From contig NC_045138.2 of NCBI RefSeq assembly GCF_008831285.2, positions 38,626,001 through 38,690,000 of the forward strand: DNA of 64,000 nucleotides, given 5' to 3'. This document shows, in pieces, positions 50,473-64,000 of this stretch. The first letter of the stretch is position 1. The number at the start of each line of letters is the position of its first letter. The position numbers and the translations under genes were made by a program. The notes beneath the pieces were generated by a model that was not told where the DNA came from, ran no database searches, and saw only the letters and a list, made by a program, of their open reading frames with translations. This stretch comes from Nymphaea colorata. Taxonomy: Eukaryota.

Positions 50473-53406
50473 TCATTGAACACCACGGCTGTTGTACGTA
50501 TTTTGTAAATGACGGCAGACTCAGCGTCTGGGCTCTTCTGCTTCTGCATGATGCCACTATTGGTCCTTGAATAGATGCTTCAGAACCGTCGTAGGTGGGG
50601 ACGCAGATGAAGAGAACAGGCCCATTGGGTTCGGGATGTTGTACATTAGTAGAGAATTTTTTTTGTCGCACCCTTTGAATTGGGTTGCACCTTTTTTTAT
50701 GAAGTGGGCATGGAGTAAATCCCCACAAATTGTATTTTTTTTCTATTCGAAATCAAATGTCATATTTTTACTGCAAGAGGGTGGTGAATGTTCTGGTAAA
50801 GTTATCAGGAGCCTGAAGGATATCTGCATTAAGTTGAACCAGTTGCCAAGCGATCATGTTCATATTCTGCCAGTTTGAAATGAAAAAAAGTAGAAGAGAG
50901 ATTTGAATTTACTCTTTGGAGAAGGGTGGTAGTAGTACAACCCATACTCGCAGTGGTACAAAGCACACTGCGACTCTAACCATTGAAGTAAAAAAGGAGA
51001 TAGGGAGGCGGTTGGGGATGGTCTTGTTCATTAATGGTTTCCAAAGAGGACGGCGCCTTCCAATTAATTGTTCACCACTTCATTTGAGCTAGACGACGAG
51101 GACTACCAAATTTTACCATGACTTGATCCTGTGACGAAATCAATTCGAAGTTTGCCATAGTCCTCAGTCACGACTCTGAGAATGGTCTCCAAGATTATGG
51201 GCAGCTTAAGTTTACCTCAGTCACTACTGTGAATGTTATACTCCTATATTTCAACCAAATAATATCCTAAATTTCACAAAACGACGCTAAAAAGGCATGT
51301 TAGGGATGTTTAACTTTAACATTTTTTCGATGCAAAAAGTGTGAAATCTCCCCATCACTTTCTAAACTCGGAAGTAAAATAGACTCAGCTCCTACAGAAT
51401 GGTACACCAAATTGCTTTCATAAACTCAAAAGAGTAAACTCATCTTTTTATCTTTTCTTTGAATCATTGAAAGCTTTAGCTATGACATGCATTGGCTGGC
51501 CTTTGATTGGTAAAAAGATTGAGGTCCCTTGGTTCACTAAAGGGTATAACCAATTCGAACTTCCGGCAAGAGATGCTATCCCGGAGCTTTAATTGCTCTT
51601 ATTAGATGAATAAAAGGTTCAATTTTTCAAAAGGAGATATGTGGCTTCTTTTTCAGAATGATCCTTGACGATGGCAACTTTAGAATAGAAACATGTATTT
51701 GGTTTATCCTTTAACAAAGAGATCTTCCCCACCTGCGTTCCCAAGAAAGCGAAGGAGTCCTGCAACATAGATTATGTGAGGGTAACCATGGCCGAGGATT
51801 GGCTACACTGAGATGCCTCAATGGCACCACTACAGTCACAGTTTTGCAAATGGGACGGATCTGGTCGGGAAGACAACCTCAACATGCTCAAGCCCTAATG
51901 AACAAACATTATATTACCAAAAAATTGGTCGCGCAATCTCACAATCTTCCCGGATATACTGAATATTTGTGTTATACAAAGAGGATCAACGGGACATATG
52001 CCGCACTTTGAAGGTAAAACAAGCCCAAGTTTCAATAGGTCACATTTTACCACCTGAATTGTAAACAAAAGAGATATTTAAATGTGATTGATTTTGCGTA
52101 TCCTTTGTCGTCGAGGATGACTTTTAGGATTTTCCTACCTTTACTCTCATCTTGGACTAGATTTTTCGCTATGAATTTGGTTAGAAAAGGTATATAAGGA
52201 TAAAATTAACACTTGAAATTAATTCCCATGTCCGGTTTGTTATTCTTTCAGTGCAACCTGACCAAGTGCAGAAAAAGAATGACAAAATCTTATGCAATTA
52301 CAGGCAATAGCATGAGGAAATTTTTAATAGCTACTGGAGAAGAAGGAGGTCTTCTTTCTCGGACGGGCCATCTGATAAGAAACTATATGTTTGCACACAT
52401 TTAGAGGAAGTGGAAGTTTGACGAAGTGCTAATGAAAATCACCTACCAAGAAGTTCCTGTTATCTATCATTCATGGTGGTACTTGGGATAACAGACCTAA
52501 TTGATTTTAACAATTCCAACGATGAGTTCACAGCCTATAAAACTGTGAAATAACTTGTTTTGTAGCTAGCATTGTTGGTTTCGAAACTCATCGCAATTCT
52601 TGAATCTGCCTTTTATGTTGGCTTTGCTTTATTTGTTGCTATTATTGTAGCTAATGTAAGTACTGCCCGCCTGCAACAGCTATTACATGAAATAATGGAC
52701 AAAGTATCAATAACGAAGCCAAAAAATATGATTTCCAACTATATATGGGGCTCGCAGGCAAAATCATATCTTTTAAATGGTCTTCTGTAAAAATAAAGTT
52801 TCTATCTTATTTATTTTTAAGAAAATTCTGTTTAGGTCGGTAGGGATGTCGATGGATCTGATATGTCCAATTATCGTTCGAGATTCAAAACTATTTAGTT
52901 GGATCTGGCAAAAAGAATTAGATCCAACTACTAATCGGTTTCATATTCGGTAAGCATGCAGTTTGCAACAAGGTCCAATACCAGTTTGAGATTTAATAAA
53001 GATTTCACCTGATCATGCTAGTCAGGTCCAGATTCTACTTTTAAAGATGGTGACCTAATCTGAATTCAAATTTGAATCGAATCTAATCAATTCAATTCAG
53101 TAACGGCTGGTTTTAAATGGATGTCCAAGTCAAGAAGCATTGAAGATCAGGTCTATATGGCTAAGGGCTGTTCAATATTTCTAAAAAATTTTATCTTATG
53201 AAAAGTAAATATATTGTGAAATTTTAGCGCAATTACATTACACCGGATTTGTGGGTCCTCCCACATGATCTAAGAATTCCTATGTAGTACTAACAGTCGG
53301 TAGCAATGAGTTGGATTTAACAAATAAGTTGCGACAACAATAGACAGAAGTTCTGGCAAGATCCAATGTTTCGGTGTGAGCATATCCTTAATTTGGATCT
53401 TCCAGG

Positions 53407-53709
53407 TAAGGGTGGGCGTCGAGCCGGGCCGCCGCCGGCCCGGCCCGGTTGGGCCCAGGCCCGATAGGTCGGCCCGGCCCGTTTAAGTTTTAAAAATACA
53501 TATATATTTCAAATTTTTTGTTTTAATAATATATATTTATTATTAATAAATATATTTTATATTTAAAAATATTATTTTATGAATAAAAATGTTTTTTTAT
53601 TTTTAAACGGGCAGGGCCGAGACCCATGCTATCGGGCCGGGCTGCCCGGCCTGACGGGCTGGATCGAGCCGGCCTTTACCGGGCCGGCCCGACCCGATGC
53701 CCAGCCCTA
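53407..53709. mobile_element. Intact hAT-type MITE with a perfect 8-bp TSD
   Basis: TIRs TAAGGGTGGGCGTCG / CGATGCCCAGCCCTA. TSD CTTCCAGG at 53399-53406 and 53710-53717. CGGCCCG subterminal repeats around an AT-rich core. Confidence 0.92.
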
Positions 53710-53752
53710 CTTCCAGGCCCACATGGTTCTGTTTTTGAACGAAATTTGTAGC

Positions 53753-54398
53753 TGTTTAGTTAATTTACCTTTCATTTGATCACATTGTTAGATCATCTAA
53801 ATAAAATGATCATCAAGGTCGCCTCAAGAGGCACAACATATGATGCATAGACGGCACGTTCTGTAACACCCTGAAAATTTAGTCATGTATTAAAGATTAT
53901 GATGGATCTTTAAGAGCTTATAAAAAAGTTATTAAATAGATGGTTGTCCTGGTTCCTAGTCTTCTTAGGGGCTGAAGCCGAAACTGATAGGAGGCGTATT
54001 GGGATCCATCGAATCAGGAGCCCGAACCTATGAGTGGGTTAAATTGTTATAGGTCCGTGCTTCAATTCCTATGGGTGAAGATTTTAGATGTTTAATTAAT
54101 TTACCTTTCATTTGATCACATTGTTAGATCATCTAAATAAAATGATCATCAAGGTCGCCTCAAGAGGCACAACATATGACACATAGACGGCATGCCCTGT
54201 AACACTTTGAAAATTTAGTCCTGTATTAAAGATTATGATAGATCTTTAAGGGCTTATAAAGGGGGTTACTAAATAGATGGTTGTCATCTAATCTTTTTAA
54301 GGGTTGAAACTGAAACTGATAGGAAGCAAGTTGAGATATACCGAATCAGGAGCTCGAGCCTATGAGTGGGTTGAATTGTTATAGGTCCGTGCTTCAAT
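53753..54398. repeat. Tandem direct duplication, period ~336 bp
   Basis: 53753-54066 is repeated at 54089-54398 (TAATTTACCTTTCATTTGATCAC...ATAGGTCCGTGCTTCAAT). Confidence 0.92.
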
Positions 54399-55012
54399 CG
54401 GACTAGTCCGCCTTTTGTCAAGCTGATGGCGGCTTGCTGCCCATCCACGCCCCTGACGGCTCATCTTTATCATAACCGGGAAACCAAATACGGACGAGTT
54501 GCTAAACATAGATTCATTGAGAACGACTCTAGTCTTGTTCTAGTTCTAGTTCATCCCTTGGATCCTAATTCTTTGTGCAGTGATTCCTATAAGATAAGTC
54601 AATGGCACATTAATGGGTTGCTTCCAGCATTAGGCCACCTTCTGCTAACAAGCAATTTGAAAGGGACTATAGAATTCACAACTTGCTCCATCCTGCTGCA
54701 ACAGCCCAATGACATTATCATGAGACACCCAACATCATAAATGTAGTGCGTTATTGTACCTTGTCCTAGATGAAAACATTGGCAACTTGTTTCAATTGTG
54801 CTGTTAAGACCCCACTCTTCTCCAACAAAATTATTCAAGGGTCCTCAACTTGCTCTGAGTTAGGTTATGATCAAATATTTACTGCCCATCTGATGATCAC
54901 TATAACATGCTCGGCCGCCTCGGCCTACATCTAAGTTCGTTTAATAAATCTTTCTCCTAGATCATGGGAAGGGTTTTGACTTCGGCTCGGCTCTACGAAA
55001 AGAGGTCACACC

Positions 55013-55202
55013 CAGAGGGGGGCCTACAGGGGCCTTGCCTACCTCCCCCTCATCCTTCATTTTTTTAAAAAATTTACATGTAAATTTTAGAAAATTCCAC
55101 TTGTTCTATATAAAAATTTTGAAAAATGATATTTCGACGCTTGTTAAAATTTGAAAACTTTAATTTAATCCCCCTCATGAAAAATTTCTGACTCTGCCCC
55201 TG
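55013..55202. mobile_element. hAT-type MITE with an 8-bp TSD (7/8 match)
   Basis: Starts CAGAGGGGGGCC and ends GACTCTGCCCCTG. Flanks GTCACACC / GTCGCACC. Confidence 0.8.
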
Positions 55203-55504
55203 GTCGCACCCGCTTTTGAGTTTCGAACTTGTGGAGCCCGGTCAACTTGGTGAATGGGACAAGTAGTCCCCATGCATTTATATGGGGAGTGACTTGTGTG
55301 TGGAACTCTGGTTGAGCTGGGTTCATTGGCAGGCTAATTATCACTTAGGATAATAAGTATATTCCAAGCATAGCTTTCTTAGAGGCCCAGGTTGACCTAA
55401 GGAAAGATCATAATCAATTACAAGCTCCCAACATCTAGATGGCAATTAGCTAGAAGACAATCGTTGATCAAATGAGTTAGATAGACTTCAGCTTGCCTGT
55501 TGGC

Positions 55505-55590
55505 AAAGAAATCTCAAACTGTAAGCGATGTCACTCAACTGGGTCTTAAAGAAATCTCAATCTGTAAGCAATATCATTCAACTGGGTCCT
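55505..55590. repeat. 43-bp tandem duplication
   Basis: AAAGAAATCTCAA(A/T)CTGTAAGC..T.TCA.TCAACTGGGTC.T x2. Confidence 0.85.
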
Positions 55591-55786
55591 GGATGCTTGG
55601 TTTTGTTATTGGAACTTTTCTTTTGCAGGCTTACCTTTTTACCTATAATCTTAGAAAAGTGTCTTTTTTTTCTTGAAATTGTTTAGTAATGGCCATCCTT
55701 TTTGTAAGGATTATCAAATAATTAGAACTCGAAGGATACTTCTATTAGTTTGGAAGAGAAAAAACCAGGTAATGATAAAAGTTTAA

Positions 55787-56042
55787 GGAGGTGTTTGATA
55801 GCCTCAGATTTGAGATCCGGGGTAATTTCAGATTATTGAGAATACAAGACCAGTGGATTTATGGTCAGAACGCCTCCTATCCAACTTCAAATATGAGGTG
55901 TTTGGCCCTAAACTGAGGATCTCAAATCAATTTTTTCACACAATGGTAAAATAAATCCTATGATTATTTTCACGATGGGTCCCACATAAAAAGGATCTCA
56001 AATCAACCTCGGATCTGGGATTCGAGACTATCAAATATACCC
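55787..56042. mobile_element. Tourist-like MITE
   Basis: Imperfect long TIR GGTGTTTGATAGCCTC...GATCCG / CGGATC...GAGACTATCAAATATACC, preceded by TAA. Confidence 0.55.
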
Positions 56043-59000
56043 AAAGTTTAATTAGTAATAAAGAGGATATGTAGTGTTGCAAAAAATTATGACTAATATT
56101 TTTCATTTCCCAGTTCAACAGAATTTGACTTTAGTTAGGACTTCATTTGATATAGTTCATTTTAATATGAAAATCACAAAAAAATGTCTTTTTTTTAAAA
56201 AAAAAAAATTATCGTCGAAAGGTTAGCGCAAAAAATATTTTTTTTTTTTTCAAAGTTGATCTTGTTGCCATATTTAAGTATTATAGACTAGTATCACTAT
56301 TAATGGAAAACCATCAAATGAAAATTCATCCACTGCTCGACCCAACCCTCGATACCTTCTTGAATGAAAGAAGTCCAATGCTGCAGTCTTCTGAGTAAGA
56401 AAAGACAAGAAACTTTCTTATTGAAAAAGCAAAATCTAGAACAAAGCACTGAATGTATTTGAAGATGCGAAGCTTGGCAGGTTCACTAATATGTGAATCA
56501 TGTGATAAATGTATGTGAGGAACATGGCACGACTCTCGATACGTTTGTTCATTGTCATCTAAATAGCAACTCTTTCTTCGAGGCAGCGCAAATTAAATTA
56601 CTTCCACAAGTAAGATGTTTTCTTTTTCTAAGTCGAGTTTTATTGGTCTGTCGTTCAAAACGAGGCTTAGATTCTTTGGTTTGAAAGGATCCAGCATGTG
56701 AAGGTGATGCTTGATAAAAAGAATATTGTGTTCTTATTGACAATATGAAACCCTGTGTTTGTATTAAAAAATATGATGTGATTATGAATACCGTTTCTTG
56801 GTTCAACGATCAATGTTTGACATAATTACGCTTCAAACAACAACGGGGATATTATTCAAATACGTGTCGTATGAACACGATGTTCTTCTCTCACGTCGCT
56901 GTTGTTACTCCACTTCGTTTGTGTGTACCGCCTTACTATTTTAAGATTGCAACCAGAAGTCCATATTTACTTGTACCAGATGACCATTTCTGAAACATCC
57001 ATCGTGTTGATATTGTTCTGCTCGTTCTTTTAATGGTGGTGCCAACTCCCAACAGTCCCATGAAAACAACAAGACTTCTTGATTCCTTGTGCAGCAAGAA
57101 TGAAAACAAGCAGTCTTTTTTAAGTACAGTCGGTGCGTACTTGCACGTGAATGTCTTGGTTAAAGTTGCCAATCAATCCAGTACTCTCTGTCCCTCTCTC
57201 TCTCTCTCTCTCTCTCAAGAACAGAGGATGAATGCCAGTCGACTGCATATGCAAGTCAAGTAAATTGTTCAGATCTGGGCAAACACCAGGGATGAAGATC
57301 AAATCGTTTTAAAATATATCTGGTTTGATAGGTTGGCTTCCTTCTTTTGAATCTAGTCTGTCGATGCAATTTTTAGATCTGGTTCTTCTTTGTCTCCTGT
57401 TGTCTACCTGCAACAGTATCCAGATAAAGAAAAAGTTTGTGCACAAACGCTCGTAGAGATATTGTAAATCTGAATTTCATTCTTCAACCAAATAATCGTA
57501 TAAGGTTTGCAACTACGCGTAAGCATCGAGATTCAAACATCCACCACAGAAGGGAAGTTTGAATGATCAAGAGAAGATTTTAGTTTCGGATATTTGTCAC
57601 AGAAAGTTCGAGTTTTTTCATGGTCAATCGGCAGGTGCTCTGTTCATAAAGTGCGCTTTAACAAATCTAGATGTCCTTAAACCACCATTTTTCTGAAAGC
57701 TTTTTCCAGCAGATAATCACAGAGTTTGATCTTCAAAAACAGAAAAAGAAAACTTCTGAGATTTGTGGTTTTTAGTCTGCAAGGGCGTGTTTGATTGCCC
57801 AAGCAGAAGCTTTGGATTTTCAGCAGAGCTAGAATCCCCTCAGAAACTAAACACGTTTCGTGTTGAATCGCAAGAACATATCCAGCTACAATTTCAGCTT
57901 CTTGAAATTTTGCACGTACGTCACAGTGGCATGCCAAAATTTTGCTTTTTTCTGAACAGATCATATCTGCAGCGTTTGACAACTCAAAAGAACTCAAGAA
58001 AGAACAAGTTTCTGGCTTCACCACTCTGTATTCCATAAGCGCCCATCAGAATTTATCTTCTCCAAGGGTGGCAATTGAGAGCCTTAGATCTTGAATCCGA
58101 GGATCTAACCTGATACTTCTAGACCACATCTGTCAAAACTCAGGATTTCAGGTTAGAGACCAGATCTGGATTTACACGTTTTTCTGGCTTTACTTCTACA
58201 AAAACCGCTACCTCAGATCGAATCTAAGATGAGATGAGAGGGAGAGTCTGATCTGAGTTTCCAAATATCCAGAGATTGGACAAGTTTCGAGGTAATCAAC
58301 CACAGTTAAATCTTAAAGAAACCGCTCGACAGAACAGGCACAAACATGTACCTGCAAGATGCATGATCAACATACACGATCTGTCCATTTTTAACTTGGA
58401 AAACACCAGTGACAATCTTGGTACATTTATTTCAGTGATGTGATCGCTCTGCCAATTGTTTTTCAGTAGAATCCAGAACATGATCTTCATTTCCGGCTGT
58501 TACAATTACTGCCCATATCCTTAAAAAGTACACCTCTATTCCAGAAAAAATGTTCTCAATGAAGCAAATTATTATTAAGACTGAAGGGGCAGGACGGCTA
58601 CCGTACCGGTTGATTATTTATTGGAGCCCCCCCTTGAATCATTAATCCGAGGCATGATTGAAGGGTGCATAAATGCATATTTAAATAAGTTGGGATGTGT
58701 GCAGGGCAGATACCAAGAGTTTTTTTTTTTTTTTTTTTTTTTTTACAGTCTGGTAAAATCTTCTACCAAGGTTAAAAAAGAGGGAGAAGAAAAAATCTAT
58801 CACAGATTCACAGGGGCTTTTCCACTTTCCCTTCATAAATGTGGGCAACCAAACATGTCTCGTGGGTGTTCACGTGGGTCGATTGCATGGAGGCAATGGA
58901 AGGGCCAGAAGAGCCTCCCCCACTATTTACCGGCCTGCATGAATTCGGATATTTCTCGATCTGATTTGCTTTTGATGTACATCAATCTTCTATGATCTTA

Positions 59001-60948
59001 CAATCATATATATATATATATATATTTATATATTTCAGCCTTAATCTCATATCTGTCATGCAGAAATTAATCCAAAACTTTGTTCTTAGAAAAATTATGT
59101 ATTAGTTTCCTTTTCTTTTATTAATCTTCATATCGTTTCTGTGTTGAACAATGTTTCTTGCGCTTCTCATGGCTTATTCATAGCAGTTATGCTTCAGATT
59201 AGGCATTTGCCACTCTACCATCTACCAAGAGAAAAAGAGAGAGAGAGAGAGAGAGAAAGAAAGGGAGATCCTTCTTACATCTGTTTTGCTGATATCTTTA
59301 CAGTAAGATTTTACTGGGCAACCAGATTTAGAGAGAGAAAAAAAAGAGAAATTCAATTATTCGATAGTTTTTTTTTTTTCATTTGAAGCAGTTACCTGTG
59401 CCAAGAAGTCATCATGCTATATATTATTACTTTAGAATGCCTTTGCTGTGGTAGCTATCAAGCATGTGACCTTGTTCCTTTGGCCCTTGATATCAGATTT
59501 ATGTGAAACAAAAGCTGGCCTATAATGGTACGCAGAAAATAAAGAGAGACTCCTGTTGGTTGGTCTCGAATTCATTTCCCGACCACTTATTGTCTCCCTT
59601 TTTCGATGGAAGAAACTCACTTGCAGGCCCATCTTTTGCCTGATATTGCCAAATCCCACCAATTCTTTTCAAGGACCCAACTTTTCATTTAAACTGCCAT
59701 GGAATCAAATTTATTGTGTCCAACCTTCCATCGTGTCCTTGCTGGCTGCCAGATGTTGCCGGATAATGACAAAATATTCGAAAGATATCGCTAAAAACAT
59801 CACGCAGCAGAAGAGTTAGCAATGGTTTATGGTGTTTGCAGTGATGGTTTACAGTACATTTAGCCACGGCTTTCTAAATATCCAAGAGCACGAATTATTA
59901 GTAATTTGTATGTGGGCTTTGCGTGTTCTTATAATTTTCTAAAACTTTGTTCTCTTTTGTGGTGAAAACGAAAAGTTGGAAGGTGATGGGATCGCTTTAA
60001 CCAGAACAGGAACAGACATTCCTGTGGAGCTAATTATAAACGCTGAGAAAGATGGGCATTGATTTTTTTTTCATTTAAAGCGACCTTAGAGTTGTCCAAG
60101 TCAAGATACACACGAAAGATTGCAAGTTTTCCACATGCATCTCTGTTCAATCAACTTTCTTATCTGTAGATTGTGGCTGTCTTTGTGTCCCTTGCATCCA
60201 TATGGTTCTTATTCTGGGATTTGCTCCAATGCTTCATGTTCCTTCATCCTTCGAATCCGAAAGCTGGATTAAGTGGGCATCAAATTATGCAAGAGAAAAA
60301 GAACACGAATCGGGTGTCGAGTTCCTTCTTTCGAACTGGTGAGATGGATTAAATGAACACTGAACCAAATTGTGCAAAAAAAAAAGTGCAACCAGATATT
60401 GATTGAACTATTTACCTTCTTCAACTTTCCCAACTGACGCCTTAGCCATCCTACCCAAGTGAAGAAGAAATGACAAAATGGCAGGCACTAGTGCCCATTC
60501 CGATTGAGCATTAATAACGTTCCGGGCCCGTTGTGTTTCCCTTGACATAGGAAAAGCCTAAGATAAAATAGACATGGATTGCGTCCGATTAGCTACCTGT
60601 TTATTTTGGTAGGACTACTTGTCGATGCCACCCAGTTGATGAGATGCCATGGATTCAAAATTCTGAAGCCCAATATTATACTTCGGTATATTCCAGAGAA
60701 GATTTCAAGGTCATTATCAACGATCTGCCAATGTAAAAAAAAAAAAGTGCAACAAGTCATATATATATATGTGTGTGTGTGTGTGAATATATTCTAGAGA
60801 AGATTTCAAGGTCATTATCAACTGAAACTAAAGAACTCCCAATGTGGAAAAAAAGCTCTCTCTCTCTATCTCTTACACACACTATATATATAAAGCTTTT
60901 TTAATAGTCATGTAATAAGTCACAATTCCTGTATTTAATGTACTGTTA

Positions 60949-61107
60949 GGGTGGTTTGGCAGCAACGAAACACTGTTTCTGTCCTAAGAATTTGCTCCAG
61001 AAAATATGGCAAATTCATGGAACACTCGTTAAAGTGTTACATGAATAGTACTTTTTGATGCAGATTGATGAGACAAAAACAATGTGCTATTACTGCCAAA
61101 AAGCACC
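60949..61107. mobile_element. Tourist-like MITE
   Basis: GGGTGGTTTGGCAGCAAC...TTACTGCCAAAAAGCACC imperfect TIR between TTA and TAA. Confidence 0.5.
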
Positions 61108-63407
61108 TAAGTATTAGTGATGCCACATTCAATTAGAAGCTTGGCGGGCCCCATGTACCTAATCCCAATTCCTAACTCCACGATAAGTTGTTTTCATAAA
61201 TCTAGATTTTGCATTCCCCGTAGTTTTGCGTAAGTGCAATAATTCAAATCAAACTTTTAGCTTCAAACTTGACATATTGATTGATCTAGATGAGCAGGAA
61301 TATTCTAAAAAGTCAGTCACAGTAAACGCTGATTTCACTTATCCAGTCAAGGAGATGTCAAGGGATATTACATAAAAAATATCAGGGTGTCCTTTATTTC
61401 TTTTGTTCAACCTAAGAATGTCTGGGGTTTAAATTGAATCCAAATCCAAATATGGGTCAATTTGAGATTATTAAATTCAAATCCCATGGCTACCCATATA
61501 ATATTGTAAGCCAACAAGCCATATCCTATAAGACCCTTTTTCCTTTTCTTTCTCTATCCAACCGATTAACCCGTAACGAACTAAACGGATGTAGTAATGA
61601 AGACGATAGAAGGCCCCAATTCCACCAGCTTTATCCTACCTTATCCTCTCACATATGGTCAAGAGAATGTAAAATTGATAATGTTAGGGATAATGCCGCC
61701 CTAACTGTTCTTAGTAGCCCTAGAAAGGTACATCCTTCATGTACCTGATGAAGTGATTTAATGAATCTTTGGCTTTTTATGAACAGTTGAATAACTTGAC
61801 TCATATACCCAAAAGGCCTTCAACATGGGGAGAGAGAAAGCAAAATATATCCTCGTGTTCCACCTAGAATACATACATAAAAAAAGTTAGTGAATACGAT
61901 TCCAATTGAAAAAGAGAACAACTGATTCATTTGCTTTTACTAAAAGAGTACGAAACATTTAAATGAAACCAAGCAACCAACAAGAACCAGGGATTTACTA
62001 AAAACAGCAAAGCACATGCATATCTTCATCCTGCAGTGTGGCCAAGAATGGCAACAACAGCCTAAAGCTGATCATGGAGGAGCAATGGTGATTTGACTGG
62101 GCTGAGGGAAACTGGCTGAAAGCAGCCACGCTGCAATTTGGTGTTATTGATCTTACAGCATCTTCTTAAAATCTTGTTCATCCGGATCTTGAACAAGCTC
62201 CAGTCTTGCTATTTTTGCTGTCTGAGCTTTTGACAGTGGAGGTAGAAGTAGAATGTTGCTATGCCATGCACTATTTCGAACTAACTTTTTCTCCGAAAGT
62301 TGAAAATAATAAAGTTATTTCCTCTTTTCAGTGGAGATACGAACGGTTATGATCTGATTTTAAGATTCACTTTTTATGGCGGCGCTGGATATGAGAAGTT
62401 GCAATTACGACGTCTTTTACATGATCAGATTCCGTTTTAACATCTTCATCTTTAGTGAAACTGTATATTCCTTTTTAATCTAAGAGAGCTAGGCTTCTAT
62501 AATGAGGTTCTTTCCTGAAAGTTGATGACCTCTTGAGTCTTGGTAGCCGTCGAACAGTGGAGCGCGTAAAAATCTAGCCGTGACAGATCAATGTTCCCTG
62601 GATTCAGTCAAGCATTTGGCAAGATTGTTCCACCATGGCATGTTGGGGGACTAATATAACCGATACTGTAGGCGATGATGACGATGATCTACGATGCTGA
62701 ACTTACATCAAGATTATACTCTCCCCACATCTCTCCCCAGATTACCAATGTCTCGCCAGTTTCACGCCAGAGAAGAAGATGATGATGACCTCAGGTTTAC
62801 ATGATGCATGGCATACATGTATAAAGAACAGGGACAGTTACCAGGAGACGTGCATCGTGCTCCGTTTCTCGCTCCGTCTTTCTCTGTTGCTTTTCTTTAT
62901 CTTTCTTTCCTTCTTGAACGTCCAAATCCAACCAATAAAACTGCAACGTAACAGATACTGCCAAATCTAAGGGGTGTGAAAAAGAGTACATTGACCGTGG
63001 GCACGAGAAAGATAGAGGGCAATAATATTAAAGAAGAAAAGCAAGGGGAAAAAGAAAGGAAGAAAGAGAAGGGGGAGAGGAGGATGGGGAGTTGTGGGTC
63101 AGAGGGCACACGTTATGCTCAGGCAATCCATGTGCCCACATGGATAGATGGAGCGAGAAGAGAAGGAGAGGGGCTGACTGCTGGTGCTGCAGAGGAGCAG
63201 TGAGAGAAAGAGGGAAAGAAGGAGAAGAACAAGGAGTAGAAGTGGAAGAATAAGGAAGAAATAAGTTACCCATCACACCCAACAGCCGTTTATAGTATCA
63301 TTTTTGCTTGACATCGTAACTGGGTGCACCGGTTCTTTGCTCTTTCCTTTTCTCTCCATTTGTGTTTCATTTGGGGTTTGTCTGGGCGAGGGGCTTCTGG
63401 TGCAAGG

Positions 63408-63639
63408 ATGATGAAGGAGGGCGACGGGTTTGTGAGGGCGGATCAGATCGATCTGAAGGAACTGGACGCGCAGTTGGAGAGGCATCTCAGCAGGGCATGG
63501 ACGATGGAAAAAAATGCAGAGAAGAAGCCCAAGCAAGAGTGGGAGATCGATCCTGATAAGCTGATCATCAAGACTGTTATTGCCAGGGGCACCTTCGGAA
63601 CAGTTCACAGGGGAATCTATGATGGACAAGACGTTGCAG
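63408..63639 (+). CDS. First coding exon of a group-C Raf-like protein kinase (CBC1/CBC2/MRK1-like); gene continues beyond the window
   Basis: MMKEGDGFVRADQIDLKELDAQLERHLSRAWTME...EWEIDPDKLIIKTVIARGTFGTVHRGIYDGQDVA, then donor G|GT at 63639/40. The VRADQIDLK.LD.QL..HLS motif and kinase subdomain I are characteristic of this clade. Confidence 0.9.
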
Positions 63640-64000
63640 GTCTCTCTCCCTGCCTCTCTTTGTCTCTCTCTCTCTCACTCACCCACACTCACACACACAC
63701 ACAAACAGAACGTTTCGTGTTTCAAAATATCATGTTACAGAAGGAGAAGTTACGGTTCATGCTGCGAAGTACGGCAGGCAGACGGGACTGAACTTCTCTA
63801 TTGGCCAAATATAGTTTAGACTGCCTCCACCCATGTTTTCCAACTAGGTAGTGTCGTACAATTGTCAGTATCAGCCTGCGTTGCCCGCGCAGCGGCTTGT
63901 GTTTGTATATGTTTTTTTTGTGTCTATGTGTGCGATTTCTTCCTTGTGGTTATAACGTTTTGGTTGTTCGCTTGCTTTCTGGGCTCCTCTTTGATACATC

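Noticed and set aside
50900..63000. Possible hidden gene, RNA gene or organellar insertion in the long intergenic region
   Set aside because: No recognisable protein motifs, tRNA/rRNA signatures or consistent exon chain found by eye. Weak signals could have been missed without searches.

Overview
Eukaryotic, intron-rich flowering-plant nuclear DNA (AT-rich, GT-AG introns, many MITEs and microsatellites). There is no prokaryotic system or CRISPR array. Six genes were reconstructed by hand from splice signals: an OB-fold nucleic-acid-binding protein (minus), thylakoid cyclophilin CYP38, mitochondrial-type APO3, an HD-domain 5'-deoxynucleotidase (HDDC2-like), a P4-ATPase lipid flippase (ALA) and the first exon of a CBC1/MRK1-like Raf-type kinase. 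The most unusual structure is at about 19.4-28.4 kb. A hAT-type transposon is cut off at the start of its transposase BED finger and fused to a ~2 kb near-identical inverted duplication of the 5' part of APO3 (leader intron, first coding exon, part of the next intron). A third, direct copy of an exon fragment is inserted in the gene's leader intron. This could be a transposon-driven hairpin/siRNA (proto-miRNA) locus targeting its own host gene. Smaller oddities include an ALA intron with two equivalent splice solutions (GC-AG or GT-AG), a spliced antisense unit inside an intron, and an orphan GC-rich island. Coordinates and identities were read by eye and no database searches were run.
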